From an uncultured Bdellovibrio sp. (lineage in GTDB: Bacteria > Bdellovibrionota > Bdellovibrionia > Bdellovibrionales > Bdellovibrionaceae), in NCBI GenBank assembly GCA_963932905.1, contig CAWVRN010000001.1, positions 96,001 to 160,000 on the forward strand: a stretch of DNA of 64,000 bases, read 5' to 3'. The notes beneath the pieces were generated by a model that had not been told where the DNA came from, did no database searches, and saw only the letters and a program-made list of their open reading frames with translations. Positions 28,792 to 39,526 of the stretch are shown here, piece by piece (the stretch's first letter is position 1; the number at the start of each line of letters is the position of its first letter). Made by a program: the position numbers and the translations under genes.

Positions 28792-30303
28792 ATGGATAAA
28801 ATACCATTTAAGAGAATTTTAATTGCGAATCGCGGTGAAATCGCTATTCGTATCACTCGCGCCTGCCGTGAATTGGGAATCCAATCTGTTGCAGTATTCA
28901 GTGATGCGGATCGTGACAGTCTTCACGTGTTCTTGGCCGATCAAGCGTACAACATCGGTCCGGCTCCTTCGAAAGAGTCTTATTTAAATATTCCAAAAAT
29001 TATTGAAGTCGCAAAGGAAGCCAAAGTGGATGCGATCCATCCTGGCTATGGTTTCCTTTCTGAAAATTCAAACTTCGTAAAAGCCTGCACTGACGCAGGG
29101 ATCACGTTTATTGGCCCAACGGTGGCAAACATCGAATCCATGGGTGATAAATTGTCAGCCAAAGCATTGATGAGGAAAGCTAAGGTTCCCACAGTTCCTG
29201 GTTCTGATGGTGGTATCGATACTATCGAAGACGCACGCAGAATCGCGAACGAAATCGGTTTTCCTGTTATCATCAAAGCATCTGCCGGTGGTGGTGGTAA
29301 AGGCATGCGTGTCGTTCGCCAAGATTCTGAACTCGAGAGCGCGTTTCGTGCGTGCCGTTCAGAAGGCCAAAACTACTTTGCAGATCCTACTGTGTACATG
29401 GAACGTTTTGTAAATGATCCTAAGCATATCGAGATCCAAGTATTCGGCGATAGACACGGAAATGTTTGCCATCTATTTGATCGCGAATGTTCAGTTCAAC
29501 GCCGTCACCAAAAAATTATTGAAGAAGCTCCATCGCCGTCTGTTCCAGACTCTGTTCGCCAAAAAATGGGGGAAGCGGCAGTTCGTGCAGCTAAACAAAT
29601 TGATTACGTAGGCGCCGGAACTATCGAATTTATTTTTGACAACAAAACTAAAGAATTTTTCTTCATGGAAATGAATACACGTTTGCAAGTGGAACATCCA
29701 ATCACGGAAGCCATCACAGGTATCGATTTAGTGAAAGAACAAATTTACGTAGCTGCGGGTCGCCCATTAAGCTTCAAGCAAGAAGATGTGAAAATTAAAG
29801 GTCACGCTATCGAAACTCGCATCTGTGCTGAAGATCCAGTTACTTACAAACCGCACCCGGGTGTGATTCGCGCCTGTCGCCATCCACAAGGTCCGTTTAT
29901 GCGCGTGGATTCTTATGCTTACCCTGGCTATGAAGTTCCTATCTATTACGATCCGATGATTGCAAAACTAATTACTTGGGGCGACACCCGCGAAGCTGCT
30001 ATCAGACGTATGCAACGGGCGCTTTCTGAATTCGTACTAACAGGAATCAAAACTAATATCGTTCTACATAAAACGATTTTGGATCATCCCACGTTCCGTG
30101 ATGCCTCTTATACAACTCAGTTTATCGAGAAGAATTTTGAAGTTATCGAACCGTTGATGTTTAAACAGATTGAAGATCCTGTGTTCTTGATCGCTGCGGC
30201 GATCACGGCCTACAACAGTCGTAAATCAAAAGACGTCAGACATTTGAATATCACCTCTAACTGGAAACGTATCGGTCGCAAGCTGTCGATGCGATTAGCA
30301 TAG
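28792..30303 (+). CDS. accC: Biotin carboxylase subunit
   Basis: LIANRGEIA, HPGYGFLSEN, KASAGGGGKGM, EMNTRLQVEH, YYDPMIAK. Confidence 0.94.
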   Translation: MDKIPFKRILIANRGEIAIRITRACRELGIQSVAVFSDADRDSLHVFLADQAYNIGPAPSKESYLNIPKIIEVAKEAKVDAIHPGYGFLSENSNFVKACTDAGITFIGPTVANIESMGDKLSAKALMRKAKVPTVPGSDGGIDTIEDARRIANEIGFPVIIKASAGGGGKGMRVVRQDSELESAFRACRSEGQNYFADPTVYMERFVNDPKHIEIQVFGDRHGNVCHLFDRECSVQRRHQKIIEEAPSPSVPDSVRQKMGEAAVRAAKQIDYVGAGTIEFIFDNKTKEFFFMEMNTRLQVEHPITEAITGIDLVKEQIYVAAGRPLSFKQEDVKIKGHAIETRICAEDPVTYKPHPGVIRACRHPQGPFMRVDSYAYPGYEVPIYYDPMIAKLITWGDTREAAIRRMQRALSEFVLTGIKTNIVLHKTILDHPTFRDASYTTQFIEKNFEVIEPLMFKQIEDPVFLIAAAITAYNSRKSKDVRHLNITSNWKRIGRKLSMRLA

Positions 30304-30312
30304 GAGTCGATC

Positions 30313-30840
30313 ATGTATTTTGAAGCAGAAATTCAAGGCCGAAAATATAAAGTAGATGTTTCTGAAAATCGTCACACCTGGAATGTGTCACTTCAGCCTC
30401 AAGGCGCTGAATGGCAGCACCACACGATTTCAAAAAGTGATTTTAAAACCGCTGAAGAATACATCAGCTTTCTTTTCCAAGGTCAGTCGTACCTGATTGA
30501 CGTTCTTGGTAAAGATACTGAGTACACCGTGTTTGCGCGAAACTCTTTCCGTAGTATCAAGATTTTCAATGATGAAATGTTACTTCATGAATCATTGAAA
30601 AAAGGCGGCGGCGGATCTGGCACAAATGAACTAAAATCGGGTATGCCAGGTAAAGTGATCGAGATTTTTGTTAAGCCAGGTGACGTTGTTCCAGCCAACA
30701 AACCATTGTTGATTATGGAAGCGATGAAAATGGAAAACGAAATGCGCTCAACTCGTGAAGTTAAAATTAAAGAAATTTGTGTTAAACAAGGCGCCAGCGT
30801 TGAATCTGGTGCGGTTTTGATTAAGTTTGAAGCTCCTTAA
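30313..30840 (+). CDS. Biotin carboxyl carrier protein
   Basis: MPGKV and EAMKMENE biotinylation motif. Confidence 0.92.
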   Translation: MYFEAEIQGRKYKVDVSENRHTWNVSLQPQGAEWQHHTISKSDFKTAEEYISFLFQGQSYLIDVLGKDTEYTVFARNSFRSIKIFNDEMLLHESLKKGGGGSGTNELKSGMPGKVIEIFVKPGDVVPANKPLLIMEAMKMENEMRSTREVKIKEICVKQGASVESGAVLIKFEAP

Positions 30841-30846
30841 TCTGCC

Positions 30847-31926
30847 TTATAAGCCATAGAAAGAGTGACATGTTGGTGTCGCTCTTTTAATTCGATAAAT
30901 ATTTCCCGTCTCCATTCCCCGTAATAATTCTATTCGCCATTTTTTTTGCTTTTCATCTTCAATAGGCAGGCTTTTTAATACCCGCGCCTGTACGGCTGAA
31001 ATGGGAACATTTCTTTCTAACTGAGCCTGAAGCGCTTCTAGCAATGGTTTGATTTGATAGGTCTTTTTTACGTATTCTGCTAGTTTGGTTTCAAATTCAG
31101 GGTGTTGTGCCGTTAAACGAACAATCGAAGAGAGAACATATTGAATGGAGGATCCACTTAAATTTTTGATCTTTTCAAATCGTGCGATCAGGTTTGATAT
31201 TTTATTCAGTTCTTCTATTTCAAGTGGTCTATCACCTACACTTTTCAGAAGCTTGCGAATGGCTGATGCGACTGTATGGTCCGGCGAAAACTGACCGTTA
31301 TGCTGTAAATCGGGGTCCATCAATACGTTATAAATTTGTTTGAAAATTCTTTGTCGGATACCAGGCTCTAACGCTTTAGAGTACATTACCCAAAGTATAT
31401 CTAATTGCGATGAATGTGTTTGTATTGATTCAAAAATGGGCAGGTACCTTGGAAAATTATCTACTGAACTCAGAGAAATTTTGAGTTCAAGTTGATAACT
31501 AAGAAAACGAAGAAAACCATTTTTATTTTTACTTAACTCACTCAGTTTGTTCGTAATAGCTGCGGAAACTTCCTCATCCCGACCGTATAATCGCAAAAGA
31601 CTGGCGATAAGATTGTCGATTGTTTCACGAGGCATGAAATCAAACTCAAACTGATCGGCACCCACCCCTTCTATCGCTGCAAGAATTTCCGATTTAGAAT
31701 CCGTTGAATTACCAATACTCGCACGGGCTTTTTCTAATGCTTCTATAGATTCCGTGAGCGTTAAAAGTTGATTTTCTGGTTTAGGCTGCGTGACCATTCC
31801 TGGGCGCAGCTGAAGTATCTTAGCACCGCTTTCAGCTCTGACGAAAAGGCCGATCCCACAGACAAACAAAGAAATCAGACCGGCTTTAAGAAGAAGTAAT
31901 TGAATCGCTAGTTTTATCACAATCAT
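30847..31926 (-). CDS. Hypothetical helical exported protein with C-terminal Cys motif
   Basis: Signal-like hydrophobic stretch after Met43 of the long ORF (ATG 31926, or GTG 31920); ends TPTCHSFYGL. Confidence 0.6.
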   Translation of the reverse strand: MIVIKLAIQLLLLKAGLISLFVCGIGLFVRAESGAKILQLRPGMVTQPKPENQLLTLTESIEALEKARASIGNSTDSKSEILAAIEGVGADQFEFDFMPRETIDNLIASLLRLYGRDEEVSAAITNKLSELSKNKNGFLRFLSYQLELKISLSSVDNFPRYLPIFESIQTHSSQLDILWVMYSKALEPGIRQRIFKQIYNVLMDPDLQHNGQFSPDHTVASAIRKLLKSVGDRPLEIEELNKISNLIARFEKIKNLSGSSIQYVLSSIVRLTAQHPEFETKLAEYVKKTYQIKPLLEALQAQLERNVPISAVQARVLKSLPIEDEKQKKWRIELLRGMETGNIYRIKRATPTCHSFYGL

Positions 31927-32067
31927 TTGGCTTGCAATTAATGCACCCCCATCCCGGCCTAAATACCCATAAAGAAAGAGGTTTTCAGAGTTGCTCCCTG
32001 CACTTCGCTTGACAGCTGTAGCCTTTTCCGACAGATTTTTTAGACAACCCAATCCAAGAGGAAAACT

Positions 32068-34173
32068 ATGATTTTTAGAGCTTTATTTGTTCTAACGTCC
32101 GCTGTTTTAATGTTCTCTGTTTCGTGCTCATCCACGAATTCCAAGCAAACCACCACCGCCGTAACAAATGATCCCTTTATCAAATTAGAAGACATTCGTT
32201 CCGACGAATCTATGGTTTGGGTGAAAAATGAAAATCTGGAATCTAGTACACATTTAAAGGCCAATCCTGCATTTGCATCACTTAAAGACAGCATCAAAGG
32301 CATTTTGGCGAGCAAAGAAAAAATTCCGGCGGTTACAATTGTTGACGAATACGTTTACAACCATTGGACCGACGAAAAAAATCCCCGAGGCCTCTGGAGG
32401 CGCACTAAAATTTCTGAAATTAAAAAGAAAGATCCTGTATGGGATGTTCTGATTGATGTCGATGCGTTAGGAAAAGCAGAAAACGAAAGTTGGGTACTAA
32501 AGCGTACTGAAATTTTGAAAACAGATTATTCTCGAGCGCTTGTATTCCTTTCTAGAAAAGGCAAAGACGCTACCGTAATGCGCGAATTTGACCTGACAAC
32601 AAAAACATTTGTCACCGACGGATTTTTTCTTCCTGAAGCAAAAATGACCGTAACTTGGTTAAATAAAGACACCCTTGTGGTGGGAACTAGTTTCGGCCCT
32701 GATTCAATGACTGATTCTGGCTATCCACGTGCTGTGAAAGTATTAAAACGCAAACAAGCTTTGGCTGATGCAAAACCACTTTTAGATTCGCCTGTAAAAA
32801 ATATGGGTATGTGGGTGTGGACAATTCATGATGACAAAACACCTTACACTATTATTAATGACCGAACTAATTTTTACGAATCAGATAGCTATTTGTTGGC
32901 GTCCGATTTAACAACTAAAAAGCTACCTATCCCTAGAGATAGCGAAATTGACGGAATTTTTAAAGGCGATATTTACTATTTAACTAAAAGCGAATTAAAG
33001 ACAGAAAAGCAAACAATTCCATCGGGCGTGCTTGTTAAAATTTCTATAGCAAAAATCCTATCAAGTCCAACCAGTGCAATTGAACCTGAAATAGTATTTC
33101 AGTCTACTCCAAAGCAAATTTACAGCAGCATTAATTTTTCAAAAAACAAACGCTGGTTAACAGTACTTAATCAAGTTAATCCAAATGTTTTCGAACTTTC
33201 AGAAAAAAATAAAATGCTACCTTTAAAATTACCAACGGTTGGCAATTCTAGTTTAATGGCGACCGCGGATAATTCTGATCAAATCCTTGTAACGTATTCA
33301 AACTTCAATCAACCAACGACGTTATATAGTCTTGAAAACCACTCAATGACCAAAATTCGATCGCTTCCCGCATTCTTTAACGCGAACGGAATCATTGTTG
33401 ATCAGCGCTGGGCCACCAGCAAAGACGGAACAAAAGTTCCATACTACATCGTACGCAACAAAAAACAGAAAGATGATTCCAAGAATCCTACTCTGCTTTA
33501 CGGATACGGCGGTTTCGAAGTCGCCTTGCAACCAAACTATTCCGGCGTAATGGGAAAGGCTTGGCTTGAAAATGGTGGCACCTATGTTTTGGCTAATATC
33601 CGAGGTGGAGGCGAGTTTGGACCTAGCTGGCATCAATCGGCACTGAAGCTAAATCGTCAGCGTGCGTTCGATGATTTTTTTGCGGTAGCAGAAGACTTAA
33701 TTAAAACAAAAGTCACTTCGCCTCGCCATCTAGGTATCATGGGTGGCAGTAACGGTGGTTTGTTAATGGGTGTTTCGTTAACTCAACGACCTGATTTATT
33801 TAATGCTATCGTCTGCGAAGTTCCACTTCTGGATATGGCTCGCTATCACCTACTCTTAGCCGGAGCCAGCTGGATGGCCGAATATGGATCTCCAGAAGTT
33901 CCCGCCGAACGTGATTATATCTTGAAATATTCTCCGTACCAAAACGTGAAATCGACAGAAAAGTATCCGGAAATTTTTATTACCACATCAACAGAAGATG
34001 ATCGCGTTCACCCAGGACACGCTCGTAAAATGGCGGCAAAGTTAAAATCAATGGGCAAACCATACCGATATTTCGAAAATACGGAAGGTGGACATGGGCG
34101 CACTGCGGATTTAAATCAGGCCGCTGAATACTTAGCAATGCAGTACATCTTTTTAAGGGAGAAATTGTTTTAA
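32068..34173 (+). CDS. Prolyl oligopeptidase (S9A), lipoprotein
   Basis: Lipobox SVSC; DPFIKLED; YGYGGF; NIRGGGEFG; GGSNGG; DDRVHPGH; GGHG. Confidence 0.93.
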   Translation: MIFRALFVLTSAVLMFSVSCSSTNSKQTTTAVTNDPFIKLEDIRSDESMVWVKNENLESSTHLKANPAFASLKDSIKGILASKEKIPAVTIVDEYVYNHWTDEKNPRGLWRRTKISEIKKKDPVWDVLIDVDALGKAENESWVLKRTEILKTDYSRALVFLSRKGKDATVMREFDLTTKTFVTDGFFLPEAKMTVTWLNKDTLVVGTSFGPDSMTDSGYPRAVKVLKRKQALADAKPLLDSPVKNMGMWVWTIHDDKTPYTIINDRTNFYESDSYLLASDLTTKKLPIPRDSEIDGIFKGDIYYLTKSELKTEKQTIPSGVLVKISIAKILSSPTSAIEPEIVFQSTPKQIYSSINFSKNKRWLTVLNQVNPNVFELSEKNKMLPLKLPTVGNSSLMATADNSDQILVTYSNFNQPTTLYSLENHSMTKIRSLPAFFNANGIIVDQRWATSKDGTKVPYYIVRNKKQKDDSKNPTLLYGYGGFEVALQPNYSGVMGKAWLENGGTYVLANIRGGGEFGPSWHQSALKLNRQRAFDDFFAVAEDLIKTKVTSPRHLGIMGGSNGGLLMGVSLTQRPDLFNAIVCEVPLLDMARYHLLLAGASWMAEYGSPEVPAERDYILKYSPYQNVKSTEKYPEIFITTSTEDDRVHPGHARKMAAKLKSMGKPYRYFENTEGGHGRTADLNQAAEYLAMQYIFLREKLF

Positions 34174-34182
34174 TTATTTACC

Positions 34183-34932
34183 CTAGGGGTTGGGTTTTTT
34201 CTTCTGAACAAATCCAACCATAATAATTCCGATATAGTAAAGTGCAATCATCGGCACTAGCATAATCGCCATACTCATCACATCCGGCGGAGTAATGATA
34301 GCAGCAATAACTGATAAAATCATGACAGCATAACGACCTTTATCAATTAAGAATCGCTGTGATACTATTCCCGCCATAGCCATCAAAGTCAGAATCAGTG
34401 GCAATTCAAAAGAGACCCCGAACATAATTGCAAACTGGCTAACGAAATCTAAATAGTGATCAATCGTGATCATGGGTTTATCTTGATCACCGCCAAAGCT
34501 GAATAAAAAATCAAATGTCATTGGCAATGCCACATAGAAAGAAAAACAAACTCCTGAAATAAACAGGAAAGAGCCGATTGAAATAAAACTCGTCATGTAT
34601 TTGCGTTCGTTTCTATACAATCCAGGAGCAATAAATTTCCACAACTGATATAACCAGAACGGACAGGATCCAATCACTCCAGCGACAATCGAAAGTTTAA
34701 AATGGGCAACGAATTTATCCATTGGTGCCGTATACACCAAACCACCCGATGGAAGATATTTTTCAATAGGACGCCTAATAAAATTGAACAGTTCCGTGCT
34801 GTAGTCGTACGCGATCGCCGTAAAGACTAAAAGTGCGTACAGGCTGTAGACCAACCGCTTACGAAGCTCCGTCAGATGATCCGTCAATGTCATATTCTGA
34901 TCAATTGTATCGTCGTTCTGATTTTCTTCCAT
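34183..34932 (-). CDS. tatC: Twin-arginine translocase subunit TatC
   Basis: LTDHLTELRKRL, YQLWKFIAPGLY, FELP, AAIITPPD. Confidence 0.96.
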   Translation of the reverse strand: MEENQNDDTIDQNMTLTDHLTELRKRLVYSLYALLVFTAIAYDYSTELFNFIRRPIEKYLPSGGLVYTAPMDKFVAHFKLSIVAGVIGSCPFWLYQLWKFIAPGLYRNERKYMTSFISIGSFLFISGVCFSFYVALPMTFDFLFSFGGDQDKPMITIDHYLDFVSQFAIMFGVSFELPLILTLMAMAGIVSQRFLIDKGRYAVMILSVIAAIITPPDVMSMAIMLVPMIALYYIGIIMVGFVQKKKPNP

Positions 34933-35400
34933 TTAGTCTTTTTTCTCGCCGTTATTATTTGAAGTTGTCGGTGTAGTACTATGGGGACCGTTGTTGAGTG
35001 GATTTTCTGGATTAAAACTTGGCTCTGCTACTGTCGTTGGATTTGGCTCTGGAGTGGGATTAAATGCAAAAGTCATTTGATCTGGCGGTTCCATTTTAAA
35101 ATCTGCGGCACTTTTCGGTAAGTTTTCATCGACAGGCGGCGGAGAATTGTTAGCTCGAGGATCTTTCATGATAGGAATTGGCGATGATTCTTTTTGCTGT
35201 TTTCTTGGGTCTAGACTATCAAAATCCAAATCGACGCGCGCTTGTTTTTTAATATCTTCTGTTAAACCATCAGCGCTACGCTTTAAATCATTGAGAAATC
35301 GTCCCAATGTGCGCGCGACTTCAGGTAATTGTTTTGGGCCAATTAAAATCAGCGCTAAAACACCTAACAATATTAATTCACTCATTCCAAGGCCAAACAT
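34933..35400 (-). CDS. tatB: Twin-arginine translocase subunit TatB
   Basis: MFGLGMSELILLGVLALILIGPKQLPEVARTLG plus long disordered tail; directly upstream of tatC. Confidence 0.88.
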   Translation of the reverse strand: MFGLGMSELILLGVLALILIGPKQLPEVARTLGRFLNDLKRSADGLTEDIKKQARVDLDFDSLDPRKQQKESSPIPIMKDPRANNSPPPVDENLPKSAADFKMEPPDQMTFAFNPTPEPNPTTVAEPSFNPENPLNNGPHSTTPTTSNNNGEKKD

Positions 35401-35538
35401 ATCCGTCCCAACTTTGATGCGATCAAAAGCGCTGTTCTGCTAACCAATTGATGGCTCTGTCCCAAATTATAGAGGCGTTGTATTTAAGTGTCACTGAGGT
35501 ATTTTGCTAGACTGATAGCCGGGTAGGACCAAGGGGTC

Positions 35539-36177
35539 CTAGTTTTCCTGTTTTAGCGGGTTTTTTTGATCACTGGATAATGTTACGATACCCATTTCGA
35601 TCAATTTTTCCTTCGCTAAATTTGATCCCGTTTGTAAATAACGATCGTACAAGCGTAACAAACTTTGATTGTTTGATATCATCGATTTTTGGCTAATGTA
35701 AGTAAGAGCTTCAACATAATCCGAGAAACGTTTGGAAATGGTGTCGAACACGTCTCGTAACGGATCTTTCTTATCTACCGCTTTAGACAAAGTTCCGTAA
35801 GCCGCCCCGCCCATATTGACATAGTAGTCGATATCTACAATTTTTCTTTGTAGCGAATCACCGAAAAAGCCGCTGATGTATAAAGACTTGTCGCCTAACT
35901 TTTTTAGCAATTCAATTTTCTGGTGAGTTTCGGCATTGGCCGCTGTTAAATATAATTCTGCCAACGTGTTTGGTCTACGTTTGCCTGTTTCATCTACGTT
36001 TTCTTTTTCAAAAAGATTTTTCGCATCAAGATAGAATTCAAGGACTTCGATTAGATATCCTTTAACTCTATTTTCTGTTTTTATTTTTCGCGCGCTGAAG
36101 GCGTCGTCAAGAGCTTGACCGAAATAGTCTTTAGAACTCATTAGAATGTTTATATCTTGCTTTATAGCAGCGCTCAT
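35539..36177 (-). CDS. Conserved hypothetical protein (all-alpha)
   Basis: 212-aa ORF; TLAELYL...LGDKSLYISGFF...VDIDYYVNMGGAAY...LLRLYDRY block resembles an uncharacterised family. Confidence 0.7.
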   Translation of the reverse strand: MSAAIKQDINILMSSKDYFGQALDDAFSARKIKTENRVKGYLIEVLEFYLDAKNLFEKENVDETGKRRPNTLAELYLTAANAETHQKIELLKKLGDKSLYISGFFGDSLQRKIVDIDYYVNMGGAAYGTLSKAVDKKDPLRDVFDTISKRFSDYVEALTYISQKSMISNNQSLLRLYDRYLQTGSNLAKEKLIEMGIVTLSSDQKNPLKQEN

Positions 36178-36339
36178 AAACCCGTCTTATCTTTTATTAT
36201 AATAATTTTTCGGAAGAAAATTAACTAAAAATAACGCCAGGATCAGATAGAAATTATGATGGATAGTATATGATTGAATTATGGAGAACGGTTGTGTCTC
36301 GGAATGAAACACAACCTTGTACCAGATAATCTCTCGAAA

Positions 36340-37383
36340 TTATTTCAAGAAGTCAGCCAAGATTCTCATACCAACAAGAACTTTCTTTTCAGTTTGAGTG
36401 TCGCTGTTTTCAGGCTTAGTGTCTTTTTGAGTAGCCGCTACGTGGAATCTCCAATTGTCGTCTTTGATTGGCTTAAATTCGTAAGCTAAAGTCAAACCTG
36501 TTACGTCAGATTTAGTTTTAGTATCCACACCTGTAGATGTGTTAACTGCTGAGCTTTCGTATTTTACATGAACAGATCCCGTTTCCATTTTGTAACGAAC
36601 TAAAGCAACAGCGGATGTAGTATCTAAAGCTTTCCCAGTTGCTTGTGGGTCTGGTTTTCTAGTGTTACTTAACATATCTGCTTCAATTTCAAAGTCAGAA
36701 ACTAAAAACTTCGCGCCTACGGCTATGTAGTTACGAGTTTGTTTAACAGTCGATGAATCTTTAAAATCTTCAGTGTGGTAACTGATGCTTGGTAGGATGG
36801 CACCTTCAGCAAATTTACCTAGGTATGTTAACCCATACATTGGGCTAGTGCTGCTAACATTGCCACCCGTAGTTACATCCTCAGTTACGTTCGCCACGTT
36901 AACATTTAATTTATGGTCGCCCCAAACACCTTGCGCTTGCATACCTACCGGCCAGTATAGCGCACCTACTTCATCACCAGCTACTGAACGTAAATAAATA
37001 TCACCCGGATTGTTCATCGCCTCCGCGCCGCCCATTCCCGTGATGATTTTACCCATCGATAAATTCCACTCATCATTTAGTTTGTGAGTTAAGAATGCAA
37101 AATCCACATCTGGTCCCGCGCCGGAACGTTTGTTACTTGTTGTTGGGGCTTCTGCTGTTTTCAATGGATCTAGACGAACACGATATGTGTTTAGTTCACC
37201 GAGCGAACCTTGAAAATCAAGTTTCAGACGACTAATTTTGAAAACAGAATACGCTGGTTTTCCTAATTTGTCGTTCGTGCTATATGATTCCATTTCTGTT
37301 CTTGCATCGAGATTGATTTTCCCCGCAAAGGCAGCAGAACATGCAAACGTTAATAGAGTTGTTTTTAATACTAGTGATTTCAT
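36340..37383 (-). CDS. Outer-membrane porin (OprO/OprP-like beta-barrel)
   Basis: Signal peptide, FKISRLKLDFQG, amphipathic beta strands, terminal ILADF; TTGACA at 37434-37429 upstream. Confidence 0.7.
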   Translation of the reverse strand: MKSLVLKTTLLTFACSAAFAGKINLDARTEMESYSTNDKLGKPAYSVFKISRLKLDFQGSLGELNTYRVRLDPLKTAEAPTTSNKRSGAGPDVDFAFLTHKLNDEWNLSMGKIITGMGGAEAMNNPGDIYLRSVAGDEVGALYWPVGMQAQGVWGDHKLNVNVANVTEDVTTGGNVSSTSPMYGLTYLGKFAEGAILPSISYHTEDFKDSSTVKQTRNYIAVGAKFLVSDFEIEADMLSNTRKPDPQATGKALDTTSAVALVRYKMETGSVHVKYESSAVNTSTGVDTKTKSDVTGLTLAYEFKPIKDDNWRFHVAATQKDTKPENSDTQTEKKVLVGMRILADFLK

Positions 37384-37468
37384 ATATCTCCTATATATGA
37401 AATCTATGCTGGCTTGAATTTATTTTACTGTCAATCGGGTAAGAGTTACCTAGTCGGGGATGTTGTAC

Positions 37469-38866
37469 CTAGCCCGCTAGTTTCGAAAGTTCAACCATCG
37501 AAGACGTAAGTGATTGAGTATCTGCTGAAACTTGATCTGCAGTTCCCGTGAACTCCATCGCATTTTTAGCATTGGTTTGCGAAACTGTATCCAGGTGTAT
37601 CAAGGTCTGTGAAATTTGGCGAACACCTTGCGCCTGCTCTTTACTACCTTCGGCGATTTCCTTAGTGATTACACTTAGTTTTTGAACCGAACCTAAAATC
37701 TGTCCGAATAATTTATTACCTTGGTCAGCTCGCTCCAAGCTCTCCTGCGTACTACGACTAGACTCCGAAATTAAATTTGAAATCTCTTTAGCGGCCACTG
37801 ATGATTTCGCTGCCAGCGATCTAACTGCATCCGCTACTACCGCAAAACCTTTTCCTTGTTCACCAGCCCGTGCCGCCTCAACCGCCGCGTTCAATGCTAG
37901 AAGATTCGTTTGGAATGAAATGTCCTCGATCATCCCAATGATTTCATTTATCTTTTTAGATGACTCGGTCATGTTACCGATAGAATCCATTAAACCACCA
38001 ATAATTTTCTGTCCGTCATTAACAATCGTGTAACTTGAATTAGCAATTTCGGCTCCTTGCTGGGCGCCATCTGCATTTCTTTCAATTAAAGTTGATATTT
38101 CGTGCAAAGTCGCCACAGTTTCTTCTAACGATGACGCCGCTGTTGTTGAAGCTTTTGACAGTTCAACGCTGGACCCACGCAAACTGCCTGACGAGCTCAC
38201 CAGGGATTCACTACTTATCTCAATCGTTTTAACTGCGCTTTTTAATTTTTTTCTAATGTTCATGGCGATAGTCGTGCCTACTGACAGAGACAGCATGACT
38301 CCTATCAAACCTGCGACGATAAGAATTACTTTTGCTTCAGCTTGAGTTGTTTTGGACTCGTTAAGGCTTTTTAACAATTTGTTTCTTAAATCAGCTTGAA
38401 TAGCTCCAAATTCATGCGAAACTTTTGTAAATTCTGGCGATAAAATTGAGATGAAGTAGTCGGTAGCCTCAGCGCTTTTACCGATTAAGATTTTTTCATT
38501 GAGTACAAAATCTAACTTTTTGTCATATTCAGCGAAATTCATAGCTACTTCGCCATGACAGTGATCGCAATTTTTTATTTCTTCTTTTAGTTTTTTTCTT
38601 TTTTGAGTGAATTCCTCCACCTGCTTTTCTAACTTATCAACATCTTTTTGACCAATAAGCGAAACAACTAAAAGGTGGACTTCATCTAAATCATCCGCGA
38701 GCTTCACGGTTTCGGAGAAATCAGTTGATGTACTTTCACTTGCGTTAATAACCTTGCTTAAGCTGCTGGAAGAAATATACCCCGAGGTAAATCCTATCAA
38801 AACAACGGCAACTGCTGAAATTAACAAGATCACTGATATCTGAATTGAAACACTCTTGAAGCTCAT
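37469..38866 (-). CDS. Methyl-accepting chemotaxis protein (4HB-type periplasmic domain)
   Basis: Two TM helices; [37 protein letters not shown] signalling tip. Confidence 0.95.
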   Translation of the reverse strand: MSFKSVSIQISVILLISAVAVVLIGFTSGYISSSSLSKVINASESTSTDFSETVKLADDLDEVHLLVVSLIGQKDVDKLEKQVEEFTQKRKKLKEEIKNCDHCHGEVAMNFAEYDKKLDFVLNEKILIGKSAEATDYFISILSPEFTKVSHEFGAIQADLRNKLLKSLNESKTTQAEAKVILIVAGLIGVMLSLSVGTTIAMNIRKKLKSAVKTIEISSESLVSSSGSLRGSSVELSKASTTAASSLEETVATLHEISTLIERNADGAQQGAEIANSSYTIVNDGQKIIGGLMDSIGNMTESSKKINEIIGMIEDISFQTNLLALNAAVEAARAGEQGKGFAVVADAVRSLAAKSSVAAKEISNLISESSRSTQESLERADQGNKLFGQILGSVQKLSVITKEIAEGSKEQAQGVRQISQTLIHLDTVSQTNAKNAMEFTGTADQVSADTQSLTSSMVELSKLAG

Positions 38867-38885
38867 AGTTCATCCTAACGTATAA

Positions 38886-39416
38886 TTACTTTAAATCGTC
38901 GACACTGAAACCAACAACCAAACTTCCAATGTTTTTACCCCCGTCTGCGACCGGCACTGAAACTTGGATTTGCGATTTACCTGATGATTCATCCACTTCC
39001 ACTTTACCAACCCACGTTTTTCCTGCCATCGGATCATCGTGTTTAGGTTTACCTTTATGAGACCAGTTTGAAGTCTTTCCTAAGAACGCTACTTTTGTGC
39101 CTTCAGCGTTGTTTAGAAACGCTTCAGCCACAGCAGGTCCTTTATTTTTTTTCAACTCTTCAGCTGCCGCGTTTTTGGTAAAACTGCGAACGGCGGGATC
39201 TAAAACTGTTAGTTTTGCCCACTTGTCTTGGGTCATATCTTTGCTTTCTGGCGCGTTGTTCGAGGCTTTCACGGCGTCAACAATTGTTTTGTTGGCAGCC
39301 CAGCTTTTTATTACTTCAACTTGTTTATCTAACGCTGCTTTTTTTTCTGCTGGAAGATCTGCAGCCATTGAACTTAAACTTAGGAATACTAGTGCACTTG
39401 CTAAAATGGTTTTCAT
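38886..39416 (-). CDS. Stand-alone periplasmic PDC/Cache-like sensor protein
   Basis: Signal peptide, no TM anchor; VEVDESSGKSQIQVSVPV...IGSLVVG PDC-type C-terminal strands. Confidence 0.72.
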   Translation of the reverse strand: MKTILASALVFLSLSSMAADLPAEKKAALDKQVEVIKSWAANKTIVDAVKASNNAPESKDMTQDKWAKLTVLDPAVRSFTKNAAAEELKKNKGPAVAEAFLNNAEGTKVAFLGKTSNWSHKGKPKHDDPMAGKTWVGKVEVDESSGKSQIQVSVPVADGGKNIGSLVVGFSVDDLK

Positions 39417-39526
39417 TTATTCTCCTGTGGTGTCAAACACCTGTTTATATTCGGAGGATTTTTGAATTATTGAAGGCAGACTGACATCCAGGTGTGGATA
39501 ATTTCATTCAAGATTTCTGGAGAATC

